Counted from the first letter of the stretch, positions 19,497-30,380 are shown. The stretch is DNA of 64,000 nucleotides from Thainema sp. (GCA_052168235.1 JBQLZK010000014.1:1-64000), one strand, 5' to 3'. The notes: a model not told the origin generated them from the sequence alone. Numbers and translations are program-made.

Positions 19497-19625
19497 ACTA
19501 ACCATTAACTATTAACTGTTGACCACTAGCGCGCCCCTCAACTCCCAACCATTAACTATTAACTCCCCTAACTCCCCCCTTAACTTCCAACTCCCAACCA
19601 CTAACCATCAACTCTTTACTTCTCA
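19497..19625. repeat. Heptamer STRR-like repeats (attaact / actccc)
   Basis: ccattaactattaact occurs twice, plus C-rich heptamers between the pump genes. Confidence 0.6.
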
Positions 19626-19669
19626 CTCCTCATTCTCTTTCAACCGTCCACTACCCACACACCTGTCTC

Positions 19670-22600
19670 ATGCCATCCACTCCCCAATCCAGCTTCAGCA
19701 TTAGCACCCTTGCTATCCGGCGGCACATCGGCACCCTGATGTTGACCATTGCGGTGTTCGTAATGGGATTCTTCTTCATTCAGCGATTGCCTGTTGATTT
19801 GCTACCGTCTATTACCTATCCGCGGATTGGGGTACGAGCGGATGCACCGGGTGTATCCCCAGAAGTCGCCATTGACGAAGTAACGCGGCCACTGGAGCAA
19901 GCCTTAGCGGCTACAGAAGGGGTAGAGCAGGTGGTGTCTCAAACGCGAGAAGGACGCATCAGTATTGACCTGTATTTTCAGCCGGGTGGGAATATTGATC
20001 AGGCACTCAACGATGCAACAGCAACGCTAAACCGGGCCCGGAACAGCTTACCGGATACCGTTGGCCAGCCCCGTTTGTTTAAGTTCGATCCGTCTCAACT
20101 GCCCGTCTACGAGCTAGCTTTGACCTCGGAAACTTTACAAGGGGTCGACTTGCGGGTGTTTGCTGATGAGGAACTGGCGCGGGAGTTGAGCACGGTGGTC
20201 GGCGTCGCCAGCGTGGATGTGTCCGGCGGGGTCGAAGAAGAAGTGTGCATCAATATTGATCCTCAGCGATTACAAGCTGTGGGAGTGGGCTTAACCGATG
20301 TTCTTAATGCCTTAGAAGAACGCAATCAAGATACCGCTGGCGGGCGCATTCAAGGAGATAATGAAGAACCCCTAACCCGGATTGTGGGGCGTTTTGGCGA
20401 TGCGGATGAGCTGCGTAATCTGATCTTTGAGGTAGATAGTACAGATGATGGCAGCGCTCGGCAAGTATATCTGCGGGACTTTGCTGAAGTGGTAGATGGG
20501 ACGGCAGAGCAGCGAATTTTCGTCAATCTGAACGGCACGCCTGCGGTCAAAGTCAGTGTTCAGAAGCAGCCAGGCGCGAATACCGTCAGTGTGGTAGACG
20601 GAGTCAAGCGCAAGCTAGAAGAGCTGCGCAATTCCGGCCTGATTCCTGCAGACGTTCTGTTAAACGCCACGCTGGACGAATCTGTTTTTATTCAAAATTC
20701 CATTCAAAATGTAACGACCGCTGGCCTTACGGGGGCGGGATTAGCTGCGATCGCAGTTCTTCTGTTCCTGGGTTCTCTGCGGCAAACGTTGATCATTGTG
20801 TTAGCCATTCCCATTGCGTCGCTGATCGCAGTGATTCTCATGGGCATCTTTGGCCTATCGCTGAACGTGTTTAGTCTGGGCGGTTTGGCGATGGGCGTTG
20901 GTATCGTGGTGGACAACTCCATCGTGATGCTGGAGAACATTGCCAAGAAAACTGAGGATCTGGTGTTGCGCAGTAGCGGTAAAAGGGGTGGTGAAGAATT
21001 AGGTAACGGTGAAGCTGTTAATGGTTATGCCAATGGCAATCACGGAAGTAACGGTAATGGCAATGGCAATGGGTTAAGTGCGGTCAATCACGGCAGCGGT
21101 AATGGCAATGGCTATAGCGGAACGCATGGAATAAACGGTTTGAATGGTCGCGGTAGCCAACCTGTCCTTTCGCGGCGACAGCTGGTTCATCAGGCGGAGC
21201 AGGGTAGCCGGGAACTGGAATCGGCACTATTGGCTTCAACCTCAACAAACCTGGTGGCGGTGCTGCCCTTTTTGCTGATTGGTGGTTTCATTGCGCTGCT
21301 GTTTAACGAGCTGATTTTGACGATCAGCTTTTCGGTAGCCGCCTCAATGGTGGCCGCCCTGACGGTAGTGCCAGCGCTTGCTTCACGCTTGTTGGGAATT
21401 CGGCGCACTAGTGGCGTTAAGAACTTTGCTCCCATTCGCCAGTTTGACCTGCGGCTCAAAGGCTTAACCCGTTACTATGGTCAGGTTTTAGGCTGGGTGC
21501 TGCACCACAAACTGATTGTACTTGCGATCGCATTTCTGATGCTGGGCGGTAGCAGTTTTTGGATGATCCAAAACATTCCTCAGGAAATTCTGCCGGAAAT
21601 CAGTACGGGGCAGGCCAGCCTAAGGGCATCTTTTCCGCCCGGCACGACACTGGAAGAAAACCGCAAGGTGATGAATGCCATTGACGATATTCTAATTGCT
21701 CAACCTGAGACAGAGTATGTATTCTCGACTTCCGGTGGTTATTTGTTTGCCAGCATTACCAGCGAAAATGCTCTGCGTGGCAGCAGCACGATCACGCTCA
21801 AGCCCGGAACGGATGTGGCTGCATTTTCGGATCGAATGACTGCGGAATTGGCCAAGCTGAATCTGGTACAAACTCGATTGCGCGTGTCGCCTGATGATGT
21901 GCGTGGTTTGATTCTCAACAATTCGCCTGTGCGTGGTGCGGATGTGGATGTGATTTTGCAGAGCGCTAACATTCCAGATCTGGAAGCGGCTGGAGCGCAG
22001 GTGTTGGCTGCATTAGAAGAGAATGCAATCTTAGCGACATACCTCCCTGATGCAGACCCACCCCAGGCCGAAATTCAGATTCGTCCGGATTGGGAACGCG
22101 CAGCCGATTTAGGCCTCTCTGCTCAAGACATTGGTGAAACAGTGCAGACGTTGCTGAATGGTTCAGTCCCAACCCAGCTCCAGCGGGATGACCGCTTAGT
22201 GGACATTCGCGTTCAAACCCCAGAATCACTGGTCAATAATCCAGCGCAGCTGCGGCAGGTGCCTCTGTTTGCCGATGACGGGCAGTTCGTGCGCTTGGGC
22301 GATGTAGCAACGATTGAAAATGGTCAAGCCCCTGGTGAAATTCAACGAATCAATCAGCGGCAGGTGTTAATTCTCGAAGGCCGCTTGGTAGAGGGGGCGA
22401 CCCTGGGCGATGCTCTGGCCGAAGTAGACCGCATTCTAGCCGATGTGGAACTGCCCGCAGGTGTAACCCGCTTGCCGAGCTATGCCGCTGCCAGTAACAG
22501 TCAAATTCAAGGTGCCGTGGGCATCTTGGGTGGCTTGGCCGCGTTTCTAGTCTTTACGGTCATGGCGGTGCAGTACAACTCGCTGATTGACCCGCTGGTG

Positions 22601-23074
22601 ATTATGCTGACGGTGCCTTTAGCGTTGGCCGGCGGCATTCTTGGCCTATTCATCACCCAAACCGCTATTGGCGCAACCGTTGTTGTGGGCGCAGTTTTAC
22701 TGGTGGGCATCGTGGTCAACAACGCCATTATCATGGTGGAACTGGCCAACCAAATTCATGCTGAAACGGGTTGCGATCGCACTTCTGCCATCCTGCAAGC
22801 GTCTCCCCAGCGTCTCCGCCCGATTTTGATGACGACCGTAACGACAGTGCTGGGCCTGTTTCCCCTAGCGCTGGGCCTGGGAGAGGGTTCGGAATTCCTG
22901 CAGCCAATGGGGATCGTGGTGTTCTCCGGTCTGTCCTTGGCCACACTACTCACGCTGTTTATCATTCCCTGCTTTTACGTGCTGCTGCACAGTTTGGTGC
23001 CGGGAGATGACGATGAATCATCCTTGACTGAATCAGAACGTGATCCTCTGCTCAGAGATGTCTTCCAGCCTTGA
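19670..23074 (+). CDS. RND efflux permease (AcrB/AcrD/AcrF family)
   Basis: LPVDLLPSITYP, GIVVDNSIVMLENI, GIVVNNAI, RLRPILMTT; Asn/Gly-rich insert. Confidence 0.95.
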   Translation: MPSTPQSSFSISTLAIRRHIGTLMLTIAVFVMGFFFIQRLPVDLLPSITYPRIGVRADAPGVSPEVAIDEVTRPLEQALAATEGVEQVVSQTREGRISIDLYFQPGGNIDQALNDATATLNRARNSLPDTVGQPRLFKFDPSQLPVYELALTSETLQGVDLRVFADEELARELSTVVGVASVDVSGGVEEEVCINIDPQRLQAVGVGLTDVLNALEERNQDTAGGRIQGDNEEPLTRIVGRFGDADELRNLIFEVDSTDDGSARQVYLRDFAEVVDGTAEQRIFVNLNGTPAVKVSVQKQPGANTVSVVDGVKRKLEELRNSGLIPADVLLNATLDESVFIQNSIQNVTTAGLTGAGLAAIAVLLFLGSLRQTLIIVLAIPIASLIAVILMGIFGLSLNVFSLGGLAMGVGIVVDNSIVMLENIAKKTEDLVLRSSGKRGGEELGNGEAVNGYANGNHGSNGNGNGNGLSAVNHGSGNGNGYSGTHGINGLNGRGSQPVLSRRQLVHQAEQGSRELESALLASTSTNLVAVLPFLLIGGFIALLFNELILTISFSVAASMVAALTVVPALASRLLGIRRTSGVKNFAPIRQFDLRLKGLTRYYGQVLGWVLHHKLIVLAIAFLMLGGSSFWMIQNIPQEILPEISTGQASLRASFPPGTTLEENRKVMNAIDDILIAQPETEYVFSTSGGYLFASITSENALRGSSTITLKPGTDVAAFSDRMTAELAKLNLVQTRLRVSPDDVRGLILNNSPVRGADVDVILQSANIPDLEAAGAQVLAALEENAILATYLPDADPPQAEIQIRPDWERAADLGLSAQDIGETVQTLLNGSVPTQLQRDDRLVDIRVQTPESLVNNPAQLRQVPLFADDGQFVRLGDVATIENGQAPGEIQRINQRQVLILEGRLVEGATLGDALAEVDRILADVELPAGVTRLPSYAAASNSQIQGAVGILGGLAAFLVFTVMAVQYNSLIDPLVIMLTVPLALAGGILGLFITQTAIGATVVVGAVLLVGIVVNNAIIMVELANQIHAETGCDRTSAILQASPQRLRPILMTTVTTVLGLFPLALGLGEGSEFLQPMGIVVFSGLSLATLLTLFIIPCFYVLLHSLVPGDDDESSLTESERDPLLRDVFQP

Positions 23075-23115
23075 TACGGTTTTTACCTGTGATTTCCACC
23101 TGTTGAGGAATACAG

Positions 23116-24237
23116 CTAACGGAAGAAACGCCGCCTCGAGGACATGATGGAAGAAGGAGTACCCGCCGTATAAGTTGAAGTGGCCGAAACGGATGAGTGA
23201 ATGCTTGGGGAACTGCTGTTTGAAGAGCCAGGTGATGAGGTTGAGGCTGGCGGCTGGGCCGATTGATGAGGCTGGAGTGCAATACTCAGTTGCTCTCCTT
23301 TGACCACAATGTAGCCTTTCTCGGTGCGGATGTAGAGTTTGCCCCCTGTTTGGCGAACCACAGACTGCCACTCGATTGGAATGTTTGATAGATTGGCCAA
23401 TGTCGGTTCTGATGAGGAAGCAGAGAAGCTTGTGCGATCGCGATTTTGAGATGCGGATGAGGCAGAGTTCGGAATCGGGTAGTGGCTGGCACTTGGCATC
23501 CCAGAACGGCTGATCTGACTCAGTTCACTCATTGGGGTATCGCTCGCTGAGGTGGCGCGAATTTGAGTGTGACTGGTGTGAGGATTAGACGTTGGCTGCT
23601 GAGTTATGGGAGATTGCGATCGGTGGGATGTAGCTGTGGGAGCGGGTTGAGCAATCTGTTGAATGGTGTGCGGTTTAACTGGAATATTGCCTTTGCGCTC
23701 TAGCCAAACAACTTGGTCGGATCCCTGCAGCGCCATTTCCCCCACCAGGGTTTTAATAAAAAGAGTGCCCTGATTACAGGCCACATCTTGAACGGGATAC
23801 CAGTTTTCTCGGGTTCGAATCAAAAGCTGCATCTGTAAGCCTAAGTTGCGGCGCTGTCCCCGTTGCTGTGTCCACCAGGTGCGCCACATAAACCGCGCTT
23901 CCGTGAGCCGGAGCTGATAACCGTCTGGAATCGTAAGCTGCTTAAACGTCATGAACTCAGACTGCTGAACCTCTTCTTGCGGCACAAAGCCTTCATCCTG
24001 TAGCGCCTGGTTAAGCGTTAGCCAAAATTCAGATTCGCGGCGGACTGAAACGACTGAAGCTGAATCTGTATTCAAGGCATTCGTATGGGCCATTGTCGCA
24101 ACTGTGCGCCCCCTGCTATCGAGGAGTTGTCGAGCATACAGCGTTGATGTCACTCGGAGTTCAGCATTTGCCAGCAGGGTTTCCTGGTTAGTGAGGAAAC
24201 TCCGAATAATGTCCAAATTATCGAGTGTATTGCTCAT
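23116..24237 (-). CDS. Hypothetical protein with Ser/Pro-rich C-terminal half
   Basis: Long ORF, globular N-terminal half (MWRTWW, ENWYPVQD); start probably MSNTLDN. Confidence 0.7.
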   Translation of the reverse strand: MSNTLDNLDIIRSFLTNQETLLANAELRVTSTLYARQLLDSRGRTVATMAHTNALNTDSASVVSVRRESEFWLTLNQALQDEGFVPQEEVQQSEFMTFKQLTIPDGYQLRLTEARFMWRTWWTQQRGQRRNLGLQMQLLIRTRENWYPVQDVACNQGTLFIKTLVGEMALQGSDQVVWLERKGNIPVKPHTIQQIAQPAPTATSHRSQSPITQQPTSNPHTSHTQIRATSASDTPMSELSQISRSGMPSASHYPIPNSASSASQNRDRTSFSASSSEPTLANLSNIPIEWQSVVRQTGGKLYIRTEKGYIVVKGEQLSIALQPHQSAQPPASTSSPGSSNSSSPSIHSSVSATSTYTAGTPSSIMSSRRRFFR

Positions 24238-24554
24238 ATGTGCCTCAATGCTTCTCGTGTGGTGAGTGTGTGCGCAACCCGAGCGAAGTGCCGACAGTGA
24301 CACGTCTCCGTAGAATTACCCCATCTTTCTCATGGTATGTAACGCCAGCTACCAAAGGCATACGTGCTTGTGCGTAATATACCTTGACTTTTGGCGGAGA
24401 ATAAATAGGATGGGGAGAATCCTTATCGTTTCTTCAAATAATTAATCTGATTAATCCGAATTTGTGCTGAGTGCTTCTGGCTGCATAAGTGGGAATACTG
24501 AAGTGAGGGCTAGCGTCAATCTCGTGCGGTGGGGTTATGGATTTAGTGGTGGGG

Positions 24555-24640
24555 ACTGGGTGTTAGATGTGGGTGCTAGGTATTGGGTACTGGGTGCTAG
24601 GTGGTGGGTACTAGGTATTGGGTACTGGGTGCTAGGTATT
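24555..24640. repeat. Heptamer tandem repeats (gggtact/gggtgct/aggtatt), STRR-like
   Basis: gggtgctaggtattgggtactgggtgctagg repeated. Confidence 0.8.
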
Positions 24641-24805
24641 TGTCAATGTTGGTTTGGTAGGTTTTGATGGTTGACACAGCACTAGGTAATGAATGCTGTG
24701 GACTTTGGCAGAAGTACGCTTCACGCCTCACTTTTTACGCCTCACGTGTTTGATTGTTGGGCATTAATCTATGTAGCCCCGTTCTAAGAAAATTGCAGGT
24801 TGAGC

Positions 24806-26419
24806 ATGCAAGTATCCAAACTAGTGGCACAGGCCCGTCAGGGTGATGCAACTGCGATCGCAGCTTTGATTACGCAGCGGCTTCAGCCTTACGGTGTTGA
24901 GGTAAAAGTGCGATCGCAGTCAGGCTGCTTGCAACTTGCACTGATCGGCTCATCTGCGATTGATCAAACCGTGGCAGAACGCTGCATTCGCGATACATTG
25001 CAGCGGCTTAATCTCAACCAGTTTCATACGGTGCAAATTGCGGCTCGGCGACAGGGTGAGGTGGCCTGGGCTTGGAAGATGGCGTTGAAAATGGATTGGC
25101 GGAGTGATGCGGTTGGTTTGGGTGAGGGGCTGATTGGTGATCGGGCGGTAGGTGATCAGGGCGCAGGTGATGGGGGGAGGGGTGATGGAGTAGCAGATCA
25201 GCGAGCTTCATCTGCACAGCTTGAACGGTTGCGACGGGATGCGTTGACCAATGTGGAGACTGCTAAACAACTATTGCAGCAGGCTTGTGGGGATGCGGTT
25301 GATGAGGTGATGGTGGGAATTAGCGATCGCACTTTACAGATTGGTCTAGTTGCCGATCCGGCTCCCTCGCAGGCGGATGTGCTGTTGTCGATTACGACTG
25401 AACTCCAGCGATGGCCGTCACTCGTGAATCAGGTGGAAACGATTGCGATCGCAAGTTATCAAACGGATGTGTATCAGCCCATTTGGACAGAGACTCAGCC
25501 TGTTTCGAATATCGTGCAGTCGTTTCATCCGGCTGGTACTGATCCGGTGCATGTGGTGCGATCTCAAAATGCTACGAGTGCGGCGCATTGCGCTCAATCT
25601 GCTCAAGCAGCTCCGTCTGCGATTCCAGATATTTCCTGGGCATCGTTCAAAGTTAAGCAGTTGGATAAAGAGGGGCAACGTGCGATCGCAGCTGGTTTAG
25701 GGTTAGGTCTTTTGGTAACCCTGTTGGGCCAGGTTAAGTTTTTGCTGCACCCCCTGATTACGACGGTGCATGAACTCGGCCATGCGGCGACGAATTGGCT
25801 GTTTGGCTACTTCGCGATTCCAGCGTTTGATTTCATCTACGGCGGCGGCGTTACGATGTCGTCGGCGCAAAAGTCGGTAATTATTGTCACGCTGATGTAT
25901 CTGGGACTGGCATATTTGTTTTACCGCTACTGGCGTAATATCCTGACGGCGCGTTTGCTGCTGGGATTGACGCTGGTGTACCTGCTCTGTGCCTATACGC
26001 CCATTCATCAGGCGTTAATCGTCGGTATGGGCCACGGATTTGAGCTGCTATTTGCGATTGTTTTTCTCTATCAATCCCTGAGTGGGTTGGGTTGTCGCAC
26101 GTCAATTGAGCGCCCACTGTATGGCATGTTGGGGTTTTACATTGTGCTGTACGACATTGGTTTTGCCTGGAGACTGCTGACTGATTCAGACATGCGAGCC
26201 GTCTATAATTTGGGCAAAGGCGGCATTGATAATGACTTTGTTCGGCTGGCGCGGGATTATCTGGGTAGCAATCTATCTGCGATCGCAGTTGCATTCTTGC
26301 TTGGCAGCCTAATGGTCCTTCCCCTTGCCTATACGATATTTCGCTACGAACACTGGATTGCCGCTTGGTTGCATCGGCTGTTCTGGATTACCAACGACGC
26401 AAAGCTCTCGAAACAGTGA
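24806..26419 (+). CDS. Membrane protein with C-terminal M50-like (HExxH) metallopeptidase domain
   Basis: TTVHELGH within a hydrophobic segment, several TMs, late NDF motif; N-terminal ARQGDATAIAALI domain. Confidence 0.7.
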   Translation: MQVSKLVAQARQGDATAIAALITQRLQPYGVEVKVRSQSGCLQLALIGSSAIDQTVAERCIRDTLQRLNLNQFHTVQIAARRQGEVAWAWKMALKMDWRSDAVGLGEGLIGDRAVGDQGAGDGGRGDGVADQRASSAQLERLRRDALTNVETAKQLLQQACGDAVDEVMVGISDRTLQIGLVADPAPSQADVLLSITTELQRWPSLVNQVETIAIASYQTDVYQPIWTETQPVSNIVQSFHPAGTDPVHVVRSQNATSAAHCAQSAQAAPSAIPDISWASFKVKQLDKEGQRAIAAGLGLGLLVTLLGQVKFLLHPLITTVHELGHAATNWLFGYFAIPAFDFIYGGGVTMSSAQKSVIIVTLMYLGLAYLFYRYWRNILTARLLLGLTLVYLLCAYTPIHQALIVGMGHGFELLFAIVFLYQSLSGLGCRTSIERPLYGMLGFYIVLYDIGFAWRLLTDSDMRAVYNLGKGGIDNDFVRLARDYLGSNLSAIAVAFLLGSLMVLPLAYTIFRYEHWIAAWLHRLFWITNDAKLSKQ

Positions 26420-26582
26420 GAAGTGCTGAGTGACAAAAACACGCCTTATTCATCACACCTCACCTAACTCAGTGTGTTACAGCTCTGCTTTGCTCTACCT
26501 AACAACACCCTACCCTCCTACTCTCCCACTCTCCTCCTCTTACAACCTCTACAGTCCTTTACAGCCTTCTTCCCTCAGCTCT

Positions 26583-26882
26583 CTACGACCGCTGTTGTAC
26601 CCGCTGCTCAAATTCCTGGCGAATCTGCTCTAGTCGCAGCAGGGCTTGATCATGCACCTCTGGATGCTCGTCTTTGAGCCAAGCCAGTAAGCTGGTCATT
26701 TGGGCGTTCCGCAGTTCCAAATCGGTTTGAAAGATAGATGCCATTGCCATGTGCTTAGCGTACTCCGCCGGATGCCCCTGGCTAACAAAGCTAGCCGTCA
26801 ACGCTAAGAGGGCTTGTTGCCGCACATCGTCTGCATTTCCCATTGACATCACCATCTCTGCCACCACCTTGCGACCGTTCAT
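26583..26882 (-). CDS. Small helical hypothetical protein
   Basis: Protein-like ORF (QGHPAEYAKHMAMASIFQTDLELRNAQM); start may be 26855. Confidence 0.7.
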   Translation of the reverse strand: MNGRKVVAEMVMSMGNADDVRQQALLALTASFVSQGHPAEYAKHMAMASIFQTDLELRNAQMTSLLAWLKDEHPEVHDQALLRLEQIRQEFEQRVQQRS

Positions 26883-27245
26883 TCATATTGATTCCAATCT
26901 ATCCTTTGCTTTTTTTATTTGGTGTCTCCGGCTCTAAATCTCAGCAAAAATTCAGACAAATATCGGACGAATGCCTTAATCTCAAGCGCCGAGCATATAA
27001 ACTGACAACGAGATCTGCGATCGCGCATTTCTCCCCCACGCACATCCCTCACCCACCGAAAAAATCCCGTAGGTTGCATTCACGCAGCAATTCACCGTCC
27101 CATTTGGGCTGGAGATCTGCGATCGCACCACCCCTTCCTCTATGTCTAGAACATATGCGATCTCATGTTTCGTACCCATTGAATTTGAACTGAGATCGCA
27201 AAACCTCTGCTAGCTAATATCAACCCGTTGCCATGTCACGCAAGG

Positions 27246-30200
27246 CTAATCGCTCAGCCCCAACTGCTGCTTCAGTGCTTCTGGTACACCAATAGCGCTT
27301 TCTAACCCCTGCACCCCTTCCCAGTTTGTCTGGTCATTCCAAACAATAGTTCCCTCATCGCTGGATAGGATGGCTCCGGTGAAATTAGCGTCGCGGAGAT
27401 TAGTGTCGCGGAGGTCAGCGCTGCTGAGATCGGCAGAGCGGAGGTCGGCGTAGCTGAGATCGGCGTAGCGGAGGTCGGCGTAGCTGAGATCGGCAAAGAT
27501 AAAATTGGTTTTGTTAAGGTTGGCATTGATAAGGTCGGCATTGCTGAGATCAGCAGAGCTGAGATAGACGTTGCTGAGGTTAGCGTAACGAAGTTCAGCA
27601 AAACTGAGTTTGGCTAAGATGAGTTTGGCGTTACTGAGATCAGCAAAGCTGAGATAGACGTTGCTGAGGTTAGCGTAGCTCAGATCGGCATTGCTGAGGT
27701 CGGCGGAGCTGAGTTCAGCGTAGCAGAGGTTGACGGAGTTGAGGAAGAGATAAATGCGGTTTGAAAAAGTATTTAACCCTAAACAATGGCCCATGCCCAT
27801 AAGCCTTAAGAATCGTGAATAATCGCGAGCATGGTCGTTAGGTGATTGACAGGGATGAAAAGGATATCTAGAGGGGTGCAATTTCGTATCTTCTGTCGGC
27901 TGACTCTCTTTTGAGGCAGGTAAACCAAAGCGATGGAGTTCTAGCAACAGAATCATTCCGTTGATGCCCGTGTTCATATCAACTTGGCGCTGTCCCAATC
28001 TCTCTTCTCGATGGGGCATCCGCTCTCGCAGTAGCCGCATTTTCTGTTGGGGTAAATTCTCTGGTGGTGCATCAATAAATTCGCCGTCACTCCAGCGCCA
28101 GTAAAAGTCATAGAGCCGTTTATGGAGTTTTTCTGGCTCAAATTCGGGATGTTTGATAAGCAGAGCGGTCAGATACTCCACAATCTCTGGTGACAGGACG
28201 TGGCAACCCAGCAGGTCATACATCATCCAGCAAAAAGCCGGATCATCAATATCGTACTCACGGTTGCGTCCCGGCTGACAGGCATCAATCAAGCCGTTGA
28301 CAATGCGCTCGGCGCAGAGAAATTCCCCGAAGCTTTTGTGGACAAACTCAATCGAGCCTTCTCCCTGTCGTCCTTGTTGCAGATAAAATGCAGCCAGGGC
28401 GTTGCGTAGGGGAGTGTCATCAGTTTCGAGCCGCTTTTGAGCGGCTTCCAGAAACGCTTTAGCCGAACTGTCCTGCGAAAGTCGGTCTTCAATCGCTTTG
28501 ATGCTGGCAAACTCCATACCCGACTGCACGACGCACAGTCCCGCTTCCTGCAAAATGCGCCTCAGTTGATCTGGCGCAAGTTCGGTAATGTCAAAATTCA
28601 AATTTTGCTCAGCAACTGTGTCGTTGGTCTGATCATCCCGACGATAGCTTTTGGCTCGCTGCTTGGTGAGTACCCAGTCCAGCGTACGTTCGTAAATCAA
28701 TACTTTGGCTTGCGCTCCGTCTGCACCTGCGAACGTCTCTAGCTGTAGTTCGCCATCTCGATACATTGCAGCCAGCAGATAGAGCAGCAGGGGTTCTCGC
28801 GCCAGTTCCCGCACCCGTTCTGGCAAATGCTCGTCCTGTAAAATTGCCATCAGATGAGGCTGGCCTGGCTTGATTAGATTGCCCCAGCGGTCAAACCACT
28901 GCCGCTGTAAGTCATCATCCATCGGCAAAATTTCAAGCCGAGCCAAATTGCTAGGCATCCGACTCTCAATTGATTGCAGGGCCAGCGTCCGCCCAGTAAT
29001 CAGCACGCGATGATTCTTTTCGGAGTTACGCGCACATTGTTCTTGAAACCGTCCCACCTGATCTAAAAAGCTGTCTAGACCTCCGCTGGTGCGGCCTTCC
29101 ATCAGCAGTTCATCAAAACCATCCAGAATAAATAGGAAATTAACGTTGCGATCTGTCAGCCAGCCGGAATCGGTTTTGGCAAAGTCTCGATCTACCGCTT
29201 TGGCCAGGGTTTCCTCAAAGTCTTTCGATAAAACCGCCACATCTCGCAGCCGAATCAATATCGGCGTCCAGCGAGGATGCTCATGGCGACGCACCCAGTC
29301 AGCAAACATCCGACAAAATACACTCTTGCCCCGCCCTGGCCCTCCTTGCACAAACAGGACTCGCTCTTTCTGCTCATCATCATGCAGCATCTGGCGTGCC
29401 CACTGTTCCAGCACCACAGGCTCTTGGGAAGTATCAGCTTCTCCAGCATTGGTGAGGAGCTGCGCCTTCAGCGGCACATAAATATCCTTAAAGGCAAAGG
29501 GTTCTGCAAAGACAGGGTTGAGCGGTTGGGGAGCAATCCATTCCTCTAGATATGTATCGATGCTAAGGTACTTCTCAAAAACCGCATCACCACCTACCTG
29601 ATACCATTCCGCAATACGCTGCACGCTCTTTCCAGCGTCAGCAATGGCATCCCGCAAGTGGCGATTGGTATTTTTGGCGACAATCTCCACAATCTTGACC
29701 GCCATTTCTTTAGATAAACCAAGCTGCACTAATCGAGCGCATAAAGCGCCGTTGAAAGCCACAGCCAACTTTGACTGATGAAAGTGGAGTAGAGCAAAGC
29801 GCGCGGCTTCATCGGATAACTCAAATTCCCCTAAAATTTTGACTTGGGGTGTCGCAATTTTCGCTTGAGGGCTGTTATCTTTGGCGGCAATCCATTGCCG
29901 AAACTCAGGATTTTTGTTGACTATTTGCTTAAAGCTCTCCAAATAAGCAGCCTGGCTAATTAAGGCAACCGTTTGAGATAAGGTGGGTTCTTCCTTGGTT
30001 TTTTCTAAATAGAACTTCAAGAGTCCCGTGGCAATGGACACAAATGGCAGACTCGCACCCACAATTTTGCCTAAAGGCGAATTCAGTGCATCCAGCAGCG
30101 AGTCTAGCTGCTTAATTAGAGGAGCTAATCGCTGCACATTTGGGCCTTCTTTTTGCAGCACTTCGGCCAACCCCAGCACAGCTTCGGCAGCATCTTTGCC

Positions 30201-30272
30201 ACCATCCACCGTCTCAAACGAAACAAGCTCACGAATATCAGTGGTCAAAAACTGCCAAAGACGACTCGCCAT
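27246..30272 (-). CDS. NACHT (STAND) NTPase with C-terminal pentapeptide repeats
   Basis: Walker A GGPGRGKS, Walker B FILDGFDEL, LITGR, EPLLLYL, EFVHKSFGEFL; (A/V)(D/N)L(S/R)x repeats. Confidence 0.92.
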   Translation of the reverse strand: MASRLWQFLTTDIRELVSFETVDGGKDAAEAVLGLAEVLQKEGPNVQRLAPLIKQLDSLLDALNSPLGKIVGASLPFVSIATGLLKFYLEKTKEEPTLSQTVALISQAAYLESFKQIVNKNPEFRQWIAAKDNSPQAKIATPQVKILGEFELSDEAARFALLHFHQSKLAVAFNGALCARLVQLGLSKEMAVKIVEIVAKNTNRHLRDAIADAGKSVQRIAEWYQVGGDAVFEKYLSIDTYLEEWIAPQPLNPVFAEPFAFKDIYVPLKAQLLTNAGEADTSQEPVVLEQWARQMLHDDEQKERVLFVQGGPGRGKSVFCRMFADWVRRHEHPRWTPILIRLRDVAVLSKDFEETLAKAVDRDFAKTDSGWLTDRNVNFLFILDGFDELLMEGRTSGGLDSFLDQVGRFQEQCARNSEKNHRVLITGRTLALQSIESRMPSNLARLEILPMDDDLQRQWFDRWGNLIKPGQPHLMAILQDEHLPERVRELAREPLLLYLLAAMYRDGELQLETFAGADGAQAKVLIYERTLDWVLTKQRAKSYRRDDQTNDTVAEQNLNFDITELAPDQLRRILQEAGLCVVQSGMEFASIKAIEDRLSQDSSAKAFLEAAQKRLETDDTPLRNALAAFYLQQGRQGEGSIEFVHKSFGEFLCAERIVNGLIDACQPGRNREYDIDDPAFCWMMYDLLGCHVLSPEIVEYLTALLIKHPEFEPEKLHKRLYDFYWRWSDGEFIDAPPENLPQQKMRLLRERMPHREERLGQRQVDMNTGINGMILLLELHRFGLPASKESQPTEDTKLHPSRYPFHPCQSPNDHARDYSRFLRLMGMGHCLGLNTFSNRIYLFLNSVNLCYAELSSADLSNADLSYANLSNVYLSFADLSNAKLILAKLSFAELRYANLSNVYLSSADLSNADLINANLNKTNFIFADLSYADLRYADLSYADLRSADLSSADLRDTNLRDANFTGAILSSDEGTIVWNDQTNWEGVQGLESAIGVPEALKQQLGLSD

Positions 30273-30380
30273 AGGAAAACTGCTGCAAAACTTTTACACA
30301 GCATAGCTTAGCTAATTGTTCGTTAAAGCTCTTGAAATGGTACATTGCTGCGCGAATGAACCCTATGGTTGTGGTTTCTT

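Noticed and set aside
24339..24352. NtcA-like GTA-N8-TAC sites here and at 40280-40293
   Set aside because: No properly spaced TAN3T -10 element, and the 6-bp pattern is expected by chance.
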